DNA of 64,000 nucleotides, taken from assembly GCF_018350175.1 (NCBI RefSeq), contig NC_058368.1, positions 226,116,001 through 226,180,000 of the forward strand, in the 5' to 3' direction. The position numbers and the translations under genes are program-made. Below, in pieces: positions 37,115 through 50,110 of the stretch. The notes beneath the pieces were generated by a model that was given only the letters and a program-made list of their open reading frames with translations, was not told the origin of the DNA and made no database searches. Source of the stretch: Felis catus. Its lineage: Eukaryota. Every line of letters starts with the position of its first letter. Position 1 is the stretch's first letter.

Positions 37115-39095
37115 ATTTTTTCATGCGTTCAACATATTAACCTCTATCATATAGCAGGCACTGTTTTAGGCCCAGGAGCAAGGTAAAACAGGCAAACCTC
37201 TGCTTCTTATTTTAAATTCTTGATGGTGAGGGACAGACCATAAACAAATAAGCAAATAAATTTTAAGAACTAGGTAATTATAGATTATGTGAATACTTCT
37301 AATGGAAATAAAGTGAGTGACTAAAACAGGGCAAACTAGACTCAGCCATGTGGTGCTGGATTAGAGTTGGAGACGTCAGTACAAATTCATGTTTTGCTTA
37401 AGATAGATACAACTATTTATAGCTATGTGCTTATGCATGGGTTAGTATACGCCTATCCATTGCCTGGCTCTGTCTGTTGAGAAGGCCTAATAGTAGTGAC
37501 ACTCCAGTAATAACAAACTCAGATCTTAGAGCCAGATCTTAGCTTCCAGTACCATTTTCCAATAAAAGGAACGAGTCACACACAAAATGCTTATTCTTAC
37601 ACAAGGTGGGTCGGGAGTGGCTTGTGCTGGAAAGTCAAGAAGTGCCCGGAAACCAAAGGGTGGAGGCACAGCAAAGGGACACAAGGGCCAACGTGAAAGA
37701 GCCCCCAGTGGCAAAATCTGGAACAATTTGAGGAATGAAATAAATGACGTACTATAAGATTATAACTCAAACTACAATATGAACAGCCATGAATGCATGC
37801 TGATATAAATAAGTGATGAATAAGTGAATAGGAGGGAAAGAGACAAATCTCCCTAACTGAAGAATGCTGAATAATTTATTTGCTTACTGTCCCCTCCGGG
37901 AGGTGAGGCGCATCTCTGTGCACCCCTTGAGTGTGGGCTGTATTTAGTGACTTGTTTCCCAAGAGTAGATTGGTTACAGGGTGGGAGGAGCCAATGGAGT
38001 AGCCTTCCAGTGGAGAAGCCTGGCAAATTCTGCCTTACCTAGGTTTATGTTAAACTTATGCATGATAAGTCATATTCATAACCTATGCCCTTGTTATGTG
38101 GTGATGAGACTACTTGACCTCTATGGTTTTCCTCTTAAAAACCTCCAACCTAGTCTAATAATGACAAAACCATCAGCGCAAACCAAACTGGGGGATAGTC
38201 TACAAATGCCCCTTCCACATTGCGAAGGAAAAACAAGGAAAGCCCGAGAAACTGTCACAGACCAGAGGGAGCTAAAGAGATGTAAGGACTGAATGTAATG
38301 CGGTGGTGTCCTGGATGGGATGCTGGAACGGAAAAAGGTGGACATCGGGGAAGAATTAGTGAAATCCTAGTGAAGTGTGGAGCTTAGTTAATAAGTGATG
38401 CACCACTGTTAGCCTATTAATTGTGACCAATGTGTCAGGGTAATGTAAGATGTTAACAGTGAGGGAAACTGTGTGCAGGGTACAAAGGAAGGCTTTACAC
38501 TATCTTTGCAACTGTTCTGCAAATCTAAAACTGCTCCCAAATTCAGTTTATTAAAAAAAATTATGGGGAAGCCTAAGTCCAACTAGATAGAAGGGGTAGG
38601 GAAAGTCTTCCTGAGGAAATGACATCTGAGCTTAGACATAAAGGTTGATGATAATCCCACCTTTGAAAAACTCTAAAGAGCATGTTGAAAGGGAGAGCAG
38701 CTAAACCATAGACTGTGAGTAGGAAAGAGCTGGTATGTTCGAGGGAGTAAAAAGAGGGCCATGACTGAGGAGGAGCAAATGATGTCTTCAGGGAAGCAGG
38801 GGTGCACTTCACCACGCAGGCCATTTGCATTTCATTCGTGCATTTCCTCATTCATGAGGAATTTGCATTTCATTCTAAGGGCAGGCAGAAGGCTCTGGAA
38901 AGTCTCAGTCAGTGGAGTGATGTCTTTTGTTGCTTTGTGGAGACTGGGTTGGAGAGAGGCTGGGCTGAGGCGAGAATGCTGTTAGAAGGCTCCCTTGGTG
39001 AATGGGTGGAAGGACAGAGCAGTAGGTCATGACGGCAGCAAACATGAAAAAAAGTGGATCCACTTGAAAAACGTTTGAAAGTAGAAGCAGCAGGT
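37115..39095 (-). mobile_element. L2 fragment split by an L1M insertion
   Basis: GCAGGCACTGTTTTAGG at ~37155, resuming GGAAAGTCTTCCTGAGGAAATGACATCTGAGCT at ~38600. Confidence 0.7.
37348..38560 (+). mobile_element. L1MC/L1MD-type 3' end
   Basis: Characteristic L1M 3' UTR ending CTAAAACTGCTCCCAAATTCAGTTTATTAAAAAAAA. Confidence 0.8.
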
Positions 39096-39371
39096 GTTTA
39101 AATTTTATTTTCATTTGTGTAATTCATTTGATGATAGAACATCTGAATTGACCTGAAGCTATTGATAGTTGTTATTGATCAGTTAAGGTCAATATCCATG
39201 TGTTTTGCTGTAGAGATACTGTGATTAGAAAATAGGATGTTGACCTAGATAGACCCTGCTGAGGATGTGGAATGTTCCATTTATGTTGAAAATGCGCCGT
39301 ATCATATTTTAAAAATCTGGACAATTTCAAATTTGAAACATATATGGCCTACGGTATTTTGGGTAAGGGAT

Positions 39372-39890
39372 TTTGGCCTAACATATGGTTTGTCCCAGAG
39401 ACTGTTGCATGCATTTCTGAGAAGCATGTGTATTCTGCTGTTGTGAAGTGGTGGGTTCTATAAATGTCTGCTTGGTGTAGTTGATTGTGTTGTTCAAGGC
39501 TTCTATTTTCTGTTGATATTCTCTCTAGTTCAAAGTGGGGTATTGAAATCTCCAACTATTATTGAACTGTTTCCCTCTTCAATTCTGTCAGTTTTTGCTT
39601 TTTGTATTTTGGGGCTCTGTTATTAGAAGCAAATATGTTTATGAGTGTTATACCTTCTTGAGAGATTGACCATTTTATCATGACAAAATGTCCTTCATCT
39701 GTAGTAGTAGTTTTCATCTTAAAGTCTGTTTTTGTTTGATATTGTGGTAACAATCACTGGCATAGCCACTCCAGCTCTCTTTTGATTACTGTTTGGATAT
39801 ATATATATCATTTTCATCCTTTTACTTTCAACCTATTTGGTCTTTGAATCCGAAGTGTATCCTTGCAGACAGCATAGGGTAGGATTGTTG
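39372..39890 (-). mobile_element. L1 ORF2 endonuclease-domain fragment
   Basis: Minus-strand peptides DEGHFVMIKWSISQEGITLINIFASNNRAPKY and DIYRTHHFTTAEYTCFS..H resemble L1 EN. Confidence 0.92.
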
Positions 39891-40374
39891 GCTAAGGGAG
39901 CTTGAACCTGCATATGGCTATTCCTGAAACAGAGCCTCATGAAAAATCAGTAAGAGTTGGTGAGCTAGCTTTCTTTGTGAAGTTATCAGCTTAGGAGATT
40001 CTATGATTCTGCAATCATGGTGATTATGTACTGCATGAGATTAAGTGTTTCAGATCCCTAATCAAATAGTCTCTTAATCTGTGTGTTGGTGCAGTTGTCC
40101 TCTCCCATCATTCATGAAGGAACTATGTGACTTTTCATCATCTTCTTTTTCCCTGATCACCTGAGACTTGGTGTGAGTAATTGAGGAGTTTTGGGACTCT
40201 ATGCTTTTCAAGTATCAAGGAGATACTTACTGCCATTCATAAATACCCAACTGCTTCTTCCAGGTCTCCAGAACATCCTGGGTATGAGTATGTTGACACA
40301 ATTAGCCTTTGTAACTTAAGCCCATCCTTTAAAATATTTGTTACATATCTTCTAGAGGGGTTGAGATTATATGA

Positions 40375-40930
40375 GGGTCAGTATAATACAATAGAAAAAG
40401 CGTGGACTTTAGCAATGTGCAGACCAGGGTCCAAATTTTAGCTCAACCTCTAACAAAAGCTGTGTGACCAGCAGTGACATTATTATATTAATTCTGTCAT
40501 ATTGTTGGGGAAAGTTAAATCAAGTAGCATTCTCAAAGTTGTTGGCATTTGATTGTGCTTCATTAATTCCTGACTTCTAACCTTATTAGAACAAGTGTTG
40601 TAACAAATACAATTCTGCCTGATTTTGTGTTTGTTGTTTATTCATTCTTTAAATAATCCAACAAATACTTAATTACTAATTGATGGGCACTGTTCTAGGG
40701 GCAGGGGATGAACAAAAAAGTAAATGAAAGAAATAAAATCTCTGCCTTCAGAGGGCATACAACCCAGAGAGGGAGACAGATGCTATACAAGTATAAATTG
40801 CAAGTCAAATAAGTAGCAAACTAATTAGCAGCAAGTGCTAAGGAAAAAAATACCGGGCAAAGAAGGAGACCTATAAAATCTTGGGAAGAGGTGGTTACAT
40901 TTTTAGGTACATTGGTCAGAGAAGGCTACC
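40375..40930. mobile_element. MIR (+) followed by L2 (-) fragments
   Basis: AGACCAGGGTCCAAATTTTAGCTC..GCTGTGTGACC and GGCACTGTTCTAGGGGCAGGGGAT. Confidence 0.6.
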
Positions 40931-41385
40931 AATCCCCGATCTTTGACTTTGATTGACAGAATTTTCAAATTTATGGCTTTCTAGAAATAGGGTATGCTAG
41001 TGAATGATTACTTTTCCTACTGAAACACATATCATTCTGGGTTTCAGTTTTCTAGGAACTGGAAAGGTCAATACTTATAGCTTATAGTTTTATAATTTGC
41101 ATCAATATGTTAAAAGCCTTTATAGTGGCCAATTCCCTCAATCCACTGTACTATCCAGGATATTATGGTGAAGATTCAATACATTGGTTTTAGGAGCAAG
41201 GACAAAGAGTGCAATCAGATGGATGTAAAGAGAAGAAGAGTAGTAAAGATGTATTTTAGAATCACAAATGATCAATTTGCTCTTCCTGAGTCATTCACTG
41301 TTTGATCTACAGAATTTTCAAGGGGTAGGATTTTAAATAAGTGCCATGATATATGAGAAATTCAGCCTACTTTGGATTATTATAA

Positions 41386-41480
41386 TTTTTAAAGTAATCT
41401 CTATGCCCAACATGGGGCTCAAACTCATGACCCTGAGATCAAGAGTAGCACACTCCACCAACTGAGCCAGCCAGGTTCCC
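41386..41480 (-). mobile_element. Short tRNA-like Can-SINE
   Basis: AAGTAATCTCTATGCCCAACATGGGGCTC. Confidence 0.9.
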
Positions 41481-41499
41481 TTGGATCATCATCATAATT

Positions 41500-41696
41500 A
41501 TTATTTTTAATGTTTACTCATTTTTGAGAAAGAGAGCACGAATGGGGAAGGGGAAGAGAGAGAGGGGGACAGAGGATCTGAAGCAGGCTCCGCACTGATA
41601 GCAGAGAGCCGGATGTGGAGCTCGAACTCACAAACCGTGAGATCATGACCTGAGCCAAAGTTGGACGCTTAACCGACTGAGTCACCCAGGTGCCCC
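41500..41696 (-). mobile_element. Can-SINE
   Basis: Ends GTCACCCAGGTGCCCC. Confidence 0.93.
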
Positions 41697-43279
41697 ATGG
41701 ATTATAATTATTTTTAATAATGATTTTTATAAATATAGTGATAATAAAACAAGTAAAAAACTAATATTGGGCTTATTTTATCCTGATGTTGAAAAACATA
41801 CAATTTCTAAGGTGGATTGTTTTGAAGAGAAGCTCCATCGTCTAACTGAATGTCATCTAGGAAACTTGGCTATTTGGAGAATGGATGTTTGAGGCTGTAA
41901 TTTTCAAGATAATATAATTAAGAGATACTGAACATGACTTGGCCACTATGAAAATCATGCATTGACCAAAAGAGGGTAAATGACTTTTTATGTTGCTTTT
42001 GGAGCTACAGAAACTGACATCTGGGCTTCCAAAATCCATTTGGAATAAATGGCTTCCATTAATCAGTGAACTGGATGCTGGGCAGCCCATCTATTTGAAT
42101 CTCTGCCATTGACAGAGAATATGAATATAAAGGAGTTTTGAAGGGTAAACACTCCTTCCTTCTCTTCAGAAAACTTTTAATAATATGGAGACACTCTGTT
42201 TGAGCTTATGGTACTTAGTCAACCAAAATGGAATAATCAGTTCCCTAAATTTGATGGGAAATGTCATCCATAACTCACAACCCATGGCTTTCAAAGGCCA
42301 TAAGCAAAGTGGGTTATTAAGAATCTTTTATTCAGAAGAAAAGTGATGGTCATTTCATGGAGAGTAAGATTCATATTTATAAACATATGCAGGAGGGAAG
42401 ACAGATCATTCTGAGAATAAGCATTCTCCATGGAGCCCTTATCTGGGTTTTCCGTATTTGCTTGAATTCCTTTGTTATAGATAAGTTTAGGTCATCAATT
42501 AAAAGTTCAGTGCTTTTCAAAACAAGTCAGAAGTGGCAGGTCTTGAGGATTTATAGGAGCAAGCATCTGACTATTGGTATCCGTTTCCCCAATTAGATGT
42601 CAGAAGAGCTTCACTATGCAACTACGCCCTCTAGTGTTTCCTGTTAACTCCACTTGTGTTCTTGAAACGGATCTCATAGTGCACAGAATTCCCTTGACCT
42701 TAGACATGTTTCTCTACCTTTTCATCTTGTTTGGAAATAAATTTGGGCCAGTTTTCATTTACTTAAAAGGCTTTGGCACCTGGTGTTTTTCACCTAACTT
42801 GTTTCGAAAAAGGTGCTCCTTTCTCTGTTCGACCTTGATCAAATCAACCATTTCTACATTTCTGTTTTCTTTCTTTCTTTTTTTTTTTTTTCCTTGACAC
42901 TTTTCAATTTGGGGGAGTTAATCTTTACTCTGTTCAGAGATTTTGGAATAGCTACTTCTTGAATAGTTGAAGAGTGTGAAGTATGTGAACCCAAGCAGAA
43001 TGTGAAATCCATTTAAAGTTATTTTAGGGGGTGCCTCACATTTTGATTGCCCATTGACTATCTGGGCACAACAACTTTAAATGGAAGATAATTATAGCGC
43101 CTAGTGGTCCCTGCCAGAATATTTGCACTATATCCACAATCAAGTATTTTCGATATTTTTGTCAATAAGACAAAAAAACCTCTTTTTTGGATTCATCCGT
43201 ATTTGGAGCAGTTTTGTTATTTGAAAACCAGTCATTGCATTTTGGCTTGTTGTTGCTGCTGTTGTTTGGCTTTAGTTTT

Positions 43280-43308
43280 TGTTTGTTTGTTTGTTTGTTT
43301 GTTTGTTT
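43280..43308. repeat. (GTTT)n microsatellite
   Basis: Directly visible. Confidence 0.9.
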
Positions 43309-45699
43309 CAAGGGCCTTTTACTTTTCTCTGGGCAGCATTTTAAAAGAGAATTAGACAAGAAGCAATTTTCTTGATGTAAAACTTATGAACTATATTTGA
43401 CAATGAGGTTTTTAATTACTACTGATTGTTTTACTAATGGCAAGCAATCTTGCTTGAGGGAGAAAATTTTTCCAAGCAGCTTGAGTTCTTAGTTAACAAC
43501 CAGAGGAACTGTAATTAAGCAGTAACTAGGCACCGGGCGTCTCCTGAGGTTCGTCCTGGCGGGGAGGGGATGTGGAGGATGATTCTCTCTGGCTGGTTGT
43601 GAATCCCCAGGAAAGGCTCTGTTACCCTGGAAATAACAAAGAAATAGAGCAAGGAAAAAGGAGAGATAAGTAGAATTTTTCTCTCTCTAAATGGGAAATA
43701 TAATTTTGCTTTAGAGGTACAGGCATTTCAAGAACACTAATAGTGTGCATTAGAACAAATAGTATTTGTCTGAACTCACATGCATACCCTTTCCAGATCA
43801 AGGAGGCCACAGTTACTCTTGTCTCGATGCAGAGAAAATATGACCTATTTGTTACTGAAAATAAACAGTATATAAATACTCAAAGAACTTGGTTTGTAAC
43901 ACTTCCCCTGCCTTCTGTATTGAGTAACTCATTTATCAAATAGTACATGAGAATATGGCAAGAGGTACAAAGAATGTTATGTTCTGTCAGAGAAAACCAT
44001 TTAAACTGTGGTTTCCAAGAGCCGTAGGTGGGGCCGGGGCCTGTAAGAATATGAAGCTTCTGTTAGATGATGATGGGGGCCATAACATTCATTAAATATA
44101 TTTTACATAGGGTTACAGTGTGTGTGTGTGTGGGGGGGGGTTAAGTGAATAAATACATAAATAAAAACAGTATCTTTTACATAAAAATGTACATGTAGTA
44201 CTTCTGCCTTACCAAAAACTGAAATGTATTTCTAGGCCAAAATAAGTTTCAGAGAATATTTAAAAAGCTAAGCACGATAATAATTGCATACATTAGCATG
44301 GTTAATTCATAGCCGGATATCTTGGTAGCTAGTGTGTATTTTAGTTTGGCCACCTAGAAAAATATTTTTCATCAGATTTTGGGACAGTAAGAAAAATGAT
44401 TTATATTATTTATTAAGTGCCTTTTTTTTTCTCTCAGCTGCAAACGATAGGGTACTAAATGACAAACACAGTAAATTAAAATTATCTTGCGTGGTCAATA
44501 ACATGTTTTCAGCAGCTAAACCTTGAGCAAATGCTGAGCATATTAATTTTTATGGCAATGTTCCGGCAAAGGGTTGGTACAAAACTGGGACAGTTTTCAA
44601 TAACATAGCATAAAGTTTCATTGCGCGTAAGGAGAGAAACATTTACACTGATAATGTATCTGCATTGCATGTTCTGTATTAAAACCATTGCCTAGCAGCT
44701 CCACACTCACATAAGATTGCTATTCCCATAAAGGACTGAGAGAATACTAGCCATTGTTGAAGGCGGTTTTCTTTTTTAATTTGAAGACAAGACCCCTACT
44801 ACAGATAAGGTGCTAACTATACATGGGTAACAGTTGTATGACATGAAAAGTAATACAAAGCTCCTTGTCAAGTATGGGTCTGAATTTGTCTAGCACTTTA
44901 GATGTGAGAGAGCTCACTTCTCAGATGCTATCAGAGTCTGATAATGGAATTTCTTCTAGATGTCTGATCAGAACCGAACAGTGCCTGCAAAGTGACGATG
45001 CCATCGTCAAATTATACAATTATTATCTTTTAACTGTATATATATACAGTGAATCCATTCAGAGCTCAGCACAACAGATAGATGGCTTTATTCACTTCCA
45101 GATACTTATGGATTAAAGCTAACTTGATTGCAAAGCAAACAGCTATGGAAAGTGATGTGGATTAGACAAGTGTTTACTTAAGCGAATCCCAACATGTCAT
45201 TTCCAGGACTGAAAATATCTTAAGTATGGTTGTTGAGAGCGATCTGGAGTAGGAGGTTAAGAGTTATGTTTGGGCACCTCCCTGTGTACACACTTTCTCA
45301 GGCTGACCATGGCTGATGAGAAAACATGGTTTGGGAAACAAGCATTTGTTGTCGCACTACAATCCCTATTTCTAGAGACCCTTCCTGATAATAGCCACCA
45401 TTTATGGAGCACTTGTGCAGCAAGCAGTTTGCAAAGTGCTTAAGAGGCATTGCCCCGTTTCGTTCTCAAGCTGCTGTACCAACGAGTAGTCTAGAAAAAT
45501 GTGTCTTGCTCTGAGGTGCTTCAGTTTAAGTTGTGCCAAGATTTACAGGATTAAATTTGAATCAGTTTGGGAAAATGGAAAGAACGCTTCCTGATAGGGA
45601 GCCTGATCCTAGTACATGAGCCACCACAAATCCCTGTGGGATTTGGGTTAAGTCTAATAATTTACTAAACTGTTTTGAACTACACAAGTAATTCAGGAA

Positions 45700-46810
45700 G
45701 ATGTAGTGTAGTTAAAATGTATGTTAAAATTTAAATGATTCAGGTAGTATAGAAACCAGTGGAATAAAAATGGATAATCTCTCCTTTTGTTTACCTCCCA
45801 AGCCCCACCCCCAACCATTACCCCAATCCAAGTGTTCACCGATAAGACTGTCACCTTCTAAGACTTTCTGAATAATGTATTATTTTCATAGGTACAAATT
45901 CTGTGTATTTATAGTATTTCTCTTTCCTGCTACCTGCCTTGTTCTGCAGTTTCTTTCATTTGACAGTGTTTTGACCCTGTATTATTTTTTTAACTGATGT
46001 ATATATTCTTCAGAATGGATCTAACAATTTATTTAATAGTTTTCCTGTTGAGGGACAGTTAGTTAGTTTATAAATTTTCGCTGTTGTAAAATGGCGGCAG
46101 TGAACTCTATACACTCACGTTGGGTGTGTTACTGTAAGGTTGTGTCAGATGTAGAAATGTTGGATTATAGAGTGTCCACCATTAGATTTTTGATAGATAT
46201 TTCCAAATTGCCCACAATCAGCACTGAATGAATATGATTCTCCATTAGCATTGTAGGACAGTGGTCATTTCCCCTATTCTGACCAACGTAGGAAATTACC
46301 AATTATTAATTATGAATAAATTAATTATTAATGTTGCAGAAAAGTGATACTTTGTTATTTTGATTTGCATGTCCCTGATTACTAGTGAGATTGAACATCG
46401 CTTTCTATGTTTACTGATCGTTGGTATTTCTCTGTGCTTGTGAATTATATGTTCATATCCTTTGTTTTTATTGACATTAAGCTTATTAATTTAAAAAAAT
46501 TATATTTACATCACTACATTTTTTTCCTTTTTTTTTTTGGCCAGCTCAATCCGTCAGTTTCTATAACTTAGCTTACAATCTAACTGGCAGATAGACATTA
46601 ACAAATCATCATGCAATTAATTTTTCAACTTTTTATGAGGATTACCTTTGTGTTTCTGATTTCTTGCTTAATTGCCTTGTGATTAGAAAACATGGTGCGT
46701 AAGAATTCATTCTTTCAGTGTTTGCTGAGACTTGAGTTTTGGCCAAGTATGTGTCCCGTGTGCTGGAAAAGAATGCGTTTTGTCCAGTTGTTGGATGCAG
46801 TTCCTCGGGT
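45700..46810 (-). mobile_element. Old L1ME-type fragments
   Basis: T-rich strand, TTTGATTTGCATGTCCCTGATTACTAGTGAGATTGAACATC L1 motif. Confidence 0.75.
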
Positions 46811-46989
46811 TTAATTGGATTCTCCAGTAGGGCTTTGCTCCACCCTTTCCAGAATTCTTGGACTTCTTACCTAGGGTGAAACCCACAGACTTTCTGGGCA
46901 AGGAGCTACAGAAAGCCCCTTGCATTACTTCCTAACCATGTCAGATAAGATCTGCTGTAGGTGCCCATGGTGGCTGTGATGCCAGTGGT

Positions 46990-47474
46990 GGCTATCTAAA
47001 ATATCTGCAACTCAGAAGAGACAGGCATTTCTTTTTTCATAAAAGTGTCAGGTAAGATCCTTTGGGCTATGAAGGTCATGCATCAGAGTCCAGGCTCTTC
47101 CCCTCTCATTGTCCTGACATATGCGACCTCCATTTCCAAGTTCATCTTCTTGCCCAGAGCGGCTGTTTCACCTTCAGACATTGCATCCATGTGCCAACTG
47201 GGAGCCAGGAAAAAGAAAGCTAAGCACATCCCTCTAGAAATGTCTTAAAGTGTCTAGAAGCCATCTCCCAGAAGTTGTGCACAGCATGTCAAACTATGCT
47301 TCGTGCCTACGGGACGGGTGGGCCGTATGACTAAATATGATCATATTTAACTTCAAGACAAGCTAGGAAATGTGTGGAGTTCATTCTGGACAGCCTGTGA
47401 CCAACTGAATTTTGGGAATTCTTAAACAAGAAAGCGATGCATGGGTACTGAGCAACAGTTACCAGTCTCTGACA
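46990..47474 (-). mobile_element. MaLR LTR (MLT1J-like)
   Basis: CCCAGAAGTTG...AAGCTAGGAAATGTG...CAGTCTCTGACA. Confidence 0.6.
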
Positions 47475-48928
47475 TAACCAGTTCTTTCAACTATATATCC
47501 GTCCATTAATAGCCAACATATTGAATACAAGCGTCTTGAAGCGTAAAGAATATCACACTTAATGTTGGGTGCAGTCTTTGCTCAAACACTTAGACTTTCC
47601 CCTTTCTGCGTCCTAAAACACAACTCTGAGCGTGCTTCTTGGGAGCCCTTCCAGGAGCTCCTGGTTGCCTACAGAGTGCGTTGCATGCTCCCAGCATGGT
47701 GGTCAGGTCTTATTCAAGCTAGCGACATCGAAGCTACCAAATGTACGCCTCCTTCAGTGCTTCCGATAACCCGTGATCCTGCCAAAGAGTTATCCTTGTT
47801 TTTCTAGCACAACCCACAAGTCCGGTCTTAGTTCCTGAGCTGAGAGCACTCCTTTCCCATCTAGAAATGCCCTTTCTCTCTTTTCTACATGGAGAAGGTC
47901 CCTCTGGCTTTCCAAGTCTAATCTAAAAGCCACTTGTCGACCAAGACATCTTTGAACACTGCAGCACGTGTGTGATCTTCTTCTCCTTGCAACTGCCATG
48001 GTACTTTATCTTTTCTGCGCTTCTGTCATCGCGCACACATTTTTATCTTGGCGCTCAAGGGCAGGACCGGTCCCTGACTTAGTATTCCACCCGCCACAGT
48101 GCCCAGCCATGTGTATAACATTGGACAATGCATCGAGAAAGGAAATTAAGTGGATGATCGACTGCTTGTAAACCGGGTGCATTTAGTGTCATAGTATTTA
48201 TTTTATACGATCCGAATGATCGTGCTACGTTAACGTAACTTACGCTCTGTGTGGTCCAAATGACACGGTTGCTGCGTTATCATTGTAATAAACTGAGAGA
48301 TGCATTTAGGCTGAATATAGCATAACCAGCTGCAGGTGGCGAGAGAAAACACGATACCGCTCACTGGCATATCTTAATATTTTAACAGACCCGTTCTTAG
48401 CCAAATAGAGGAAGCAGAATTTAGAAATGGTGCCAATTCCTGCAATTGAATCCATCAGGGGACACTTTATTTCATCAACTTTGGGAGGGTGTGATGAAAC
48501 TTCCTGGGCTCCGTTTGTGTCTCTGATTGAGGGGAAGAAACGGATCTCTGATTTTGCTCTGAGAGCTGTTTGTAGGCAGTCTCTTCTCTTGTGGCTTTAT
48601 ACCTATCTCTTCTCGATCGGGATTTCTTTGTATTGGACTGGGTCCTGCCAGAATTTGGCTTGGTTTCTTTAAGATGAATTAACAAACAGGGCTTGATACG
48701 GTTTGTGACACGGCTCTTGATAACACTTACTGTTCTTGTGTCATAGCTATACTTGGAAGGTGCGTTTGACCTATAGCTCTCCACATTGGGCCAGAAGCTT
48801 GGAACAAATCTCATGTTTGGACAAAAACTGAAAAATTTCTTCGTGATACAGAAGGAGGGGGACAGGTAGACACTGCGTGGTTTGCATCACAGCCGTTACA
48901 AGCCTATTTATCTCCGTGTATTCATCTT

Positions 48929-49151
48929 TTTTTTTTTTATTTTTTTTTCAACGTTTATTTATTTTTGGGACAGAGAGAGACAGAGCATGAACGGGGGAGG
49001 GGCAGAGAGAGAGGGAGACACAGAATCGGAAACAGGCTCCAGGCTCCGAGCCATCAGCCCAGAGCCTGATGCGGGGCTCGAACTCACGGACCGCAAGATC
49101 GTGACCTGGCTGAAGTCGGACGCTGAACCGACTGCGCCACCCAGGCGCCCC
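48929..49151 (-). mobile_element. Young felid Can-SINE
   Basis: Perfect 19-bp TSD ATCTCCGTGTATTCATCTT at 48910-48928 and 49152-49170. Confidence 0.97.
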
Positions 49152-49799
49152 ATCTCCGTGTATTCATCTTAATAGATGCGCAAAAAATGCACTTGGTGAA
49201 AGTCATTTATTTAGAACCGTAAGCAAAATATAAACAAAAATATAAAGCTCAACTAAAACCCTTTTCATGCTTAATGAGTGAGATACTGGAAATACAGCTG
49301 TCACGCGTTATCTGAGGTTGTTCTGGAAGTACTTAACTAACGCAGTTACCTTTTCCTCCCACTGAACATCAGCAAAACAACTACACTTTGCCTTCACCCA
49401 AAAATGATGACAGAGAAAAAATCCCCAAAAAGCCATTATTATTTTGTTTACATTCCTTTGGCTAATGGGGAGATTAGGTATCTCTTCATGTGTTTTATTG
49501 GCAATGTTAGGAGCGAGATGTGAAGTGTTTACTTGTGGCAGTAACTGGAGACCTGGAAGAAAGAATTCTATTTGATATTGGCTTTCAATAGCTCCCATCT
49601 CTTTTCTCCCCTCCCCAACACATAGGCTCCCAAGGTAAAGATGCAAGAATGTCGACTGCCAGGCTTTTGTCCTTCTAGGAAACAAAATAATGAATCAGTC
49701 TCAAAGAGTGGGATATGGTGGGGGAGTGGTTCTGGGAAAAGGATTTGGGGCCTATAAACTGATACTCTGTTTCTAGAGAGTGATCTAGACATGTTTCTC

Positions 49800-50110
49800 T
49801 GAATATAAAATAAAATGTGTTCAACTCTTTGCCTTGGCAATCCTACCTTAAGAGGTTTACCGTAAGGATATAATTATAGGAGTCTGAAATGATGGATGTA
49901 TGAGGATATTGGTTTCAGCCTGGTTTGTGATAGAGAAATATTGAAAAAGACCTAAATGCTGATCTGCAAGGCCTGATGCACGGTTATGTAAATGATGCCA
50001 CCCCAATGCAGTGGAGTGCTAGGAAGCCAATGAAACGTGTTGACTTGGAGAAATTTTCCACCACCTGTTCATGAGGACAAAGGGCAGGTTACAGAACATG
50101 CGTGTGTTCT
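49800..50110 (+). mobile_element. Diverged L1ME 3' fragment
   Basis: GGCAATCCTACCT..., CAGCCTGGTTTGTGATAG..AAAAGACCTAAATG. Confidence 0.6.

Noticed and set aside
48226..48237. 12-bp palindrome TACGTTAACGTA in a mildly CpG-rich patch
   Set aside because: Expected by chance in 64 kb, and the patch is too weak to call a CpG island
48328..48345. CTCF-like motif GCTGCAGGTGGCGA (partial matches also at 22375 and 43095)
   Set aside because: Several mismatches at informative positions. Cannot be supported without a PWM score or ChIP data.
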